Assembly: GCF_016433145.1 (NCBI RefSeq)
Contig: NC_058135.1
Coordinates: 276,204,426-276,268,425 of the forward strand
Source: Gracilinanus agilis
Taxonomy: Eukaryota
Length of the DNA: 64,000 nt
Direction: 5' to 3'
Below the pieces are notes generated by a model that had not been told where the DNA came from, did not search any database, and saw only the letters and a list, made by a program, of their open reading frames with translations. This document shows, piece after piece, positions 63,051 through 64,000 of the stretch (position 1 is its first letter; each line of letters begins with the position of its first letter). The position numbers and the translations under genes were made by a program.

Positions 63051-64000
63051 ACATGTTAGCTACAATAATTATTATCATTGTTGTCATTAGTATTATTATA
63101 CGAGTTCCTAATGACCAGATATATTTAGAGCTAGAAGAGATTTTAGTATCATGTATTCCAAAATCCATAGTTTACACATGGGGAAGCAGAGACTCGGAGT
63201 TTAAGGGAGTAATCCAAGCTCATCCTTAAAGTAATTAGCAAATTCTCATTTGCTAATGATTCTAAATCCAGAACTTACTGTTCGAATTCCAAATACATCA
63301 AGAACTATGCTATCTTTATGTGTGAAGGACTACACATTTTGTTTAAAAATATACTCTGATTACCTGAATTATACCTCCCCCTTTAACTGCATCTCAATGA
63401 TAAATTTGATGATCAATTTCTCTCTATTCCTACAGAACAGGTTGTAAGGACTCATCTCTGAAGATCTCTTTCAACTATAGCAAATAGTAGTTAATGGGGT
63501 GACTATTATTATATCATAAAATACTTTTATTTTAGATCAAGTTTTCTCTGGATTCATCACTGAGATCTCTTCTCATTTTTACAGTTGATTTCCATTTTGT
63601 GATATCTCAAGAAAAAATCACTTTAAAATATAGATTACTGTAGAGAGTTATAGTATTTAATATTGGAGACCTGTATACTAAGATAAATAAGATCACTCCT
63701 ATAGTCACAATATAGTACAGAAGACAATTCCCAGAAAATTATAGTATGATAGCCTTTAGATAAATGAGACATTAAATCCAAAGTCATGCATATAGCAAAT
63801 GACAAATGATTTCTAAACTTTCTACTTCTGTTTATATTGATTCTAATTATTGTCTAGAATCAAGTTTATGAAATCGCATATAATTTTGTTATCTTTTATT
63901 TCATATTTCAATGCTCAGAATTCCTAATCTTTAGCCTTTCCCCAGCCATTCTGAGTGAGACATACCCTTAAGAAAGAGTAAGAATTCTATGACACAGTAT

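Noticed and set aside
1-64000. CRISPR arrays, rRNA, prokaryotic systems, viral ORFs, H-element-like OR enhancers
   Set aside because: No repeat-spacer arrays, no long non-OR/non-L1 ORFs and no convincing clustered Lhx2/Ebf composite motifs outside the promoter modules.

Overview
Eukaryotic, AT-rich, CpG-depleted DNA from a marsupial, most likely a didelphid opossum such as Monodelphis (inferred from SINE1_Mdo-type SINEs, MAR1, opossum-type L1 and hAT MITEs). The window is part of a class II olfactory receptor (OR) cluster. It holds five intact single-coding-exon OR genes, all on the + strand: four OR5J2-like paralogues (752, 11582, 23310, 36562) and one divergent family-5 OR (true start 59369). 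Each coding exon has a splice acceptor 24-25 nt before the ATG. A conserved homeodomain + O/E(EBF) + TATA module lies 2.5-6 kb upstream of genes 2-5 and is the likely promoter. The intergenic DNA is mostly transposon-derived: L1 (including a twin-primed, an internally deleted and a 3'-truncated copy), SINEs with target-site duplications (TSDs), MAR1/MIR/L2/L3, three hAT MITE families, a solo LTR and a tRNA-Leu-primed non-autonomous LTR element. There are two assembly gaps. I found no new protein family, RNA gene or CRISPR array. The most interesting signals are regulatory and evolutionary: the shared promoter module, an out-of-frame upstream ATG overlapping three OR starts, parallel amino-acid changes reached through different codons, and a duplicated OR C-terminus downstream of genes 1 and 3. 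Repeat family names come from recalled consensus sequences, not a database search, and boundaries of old repeats are approximate.
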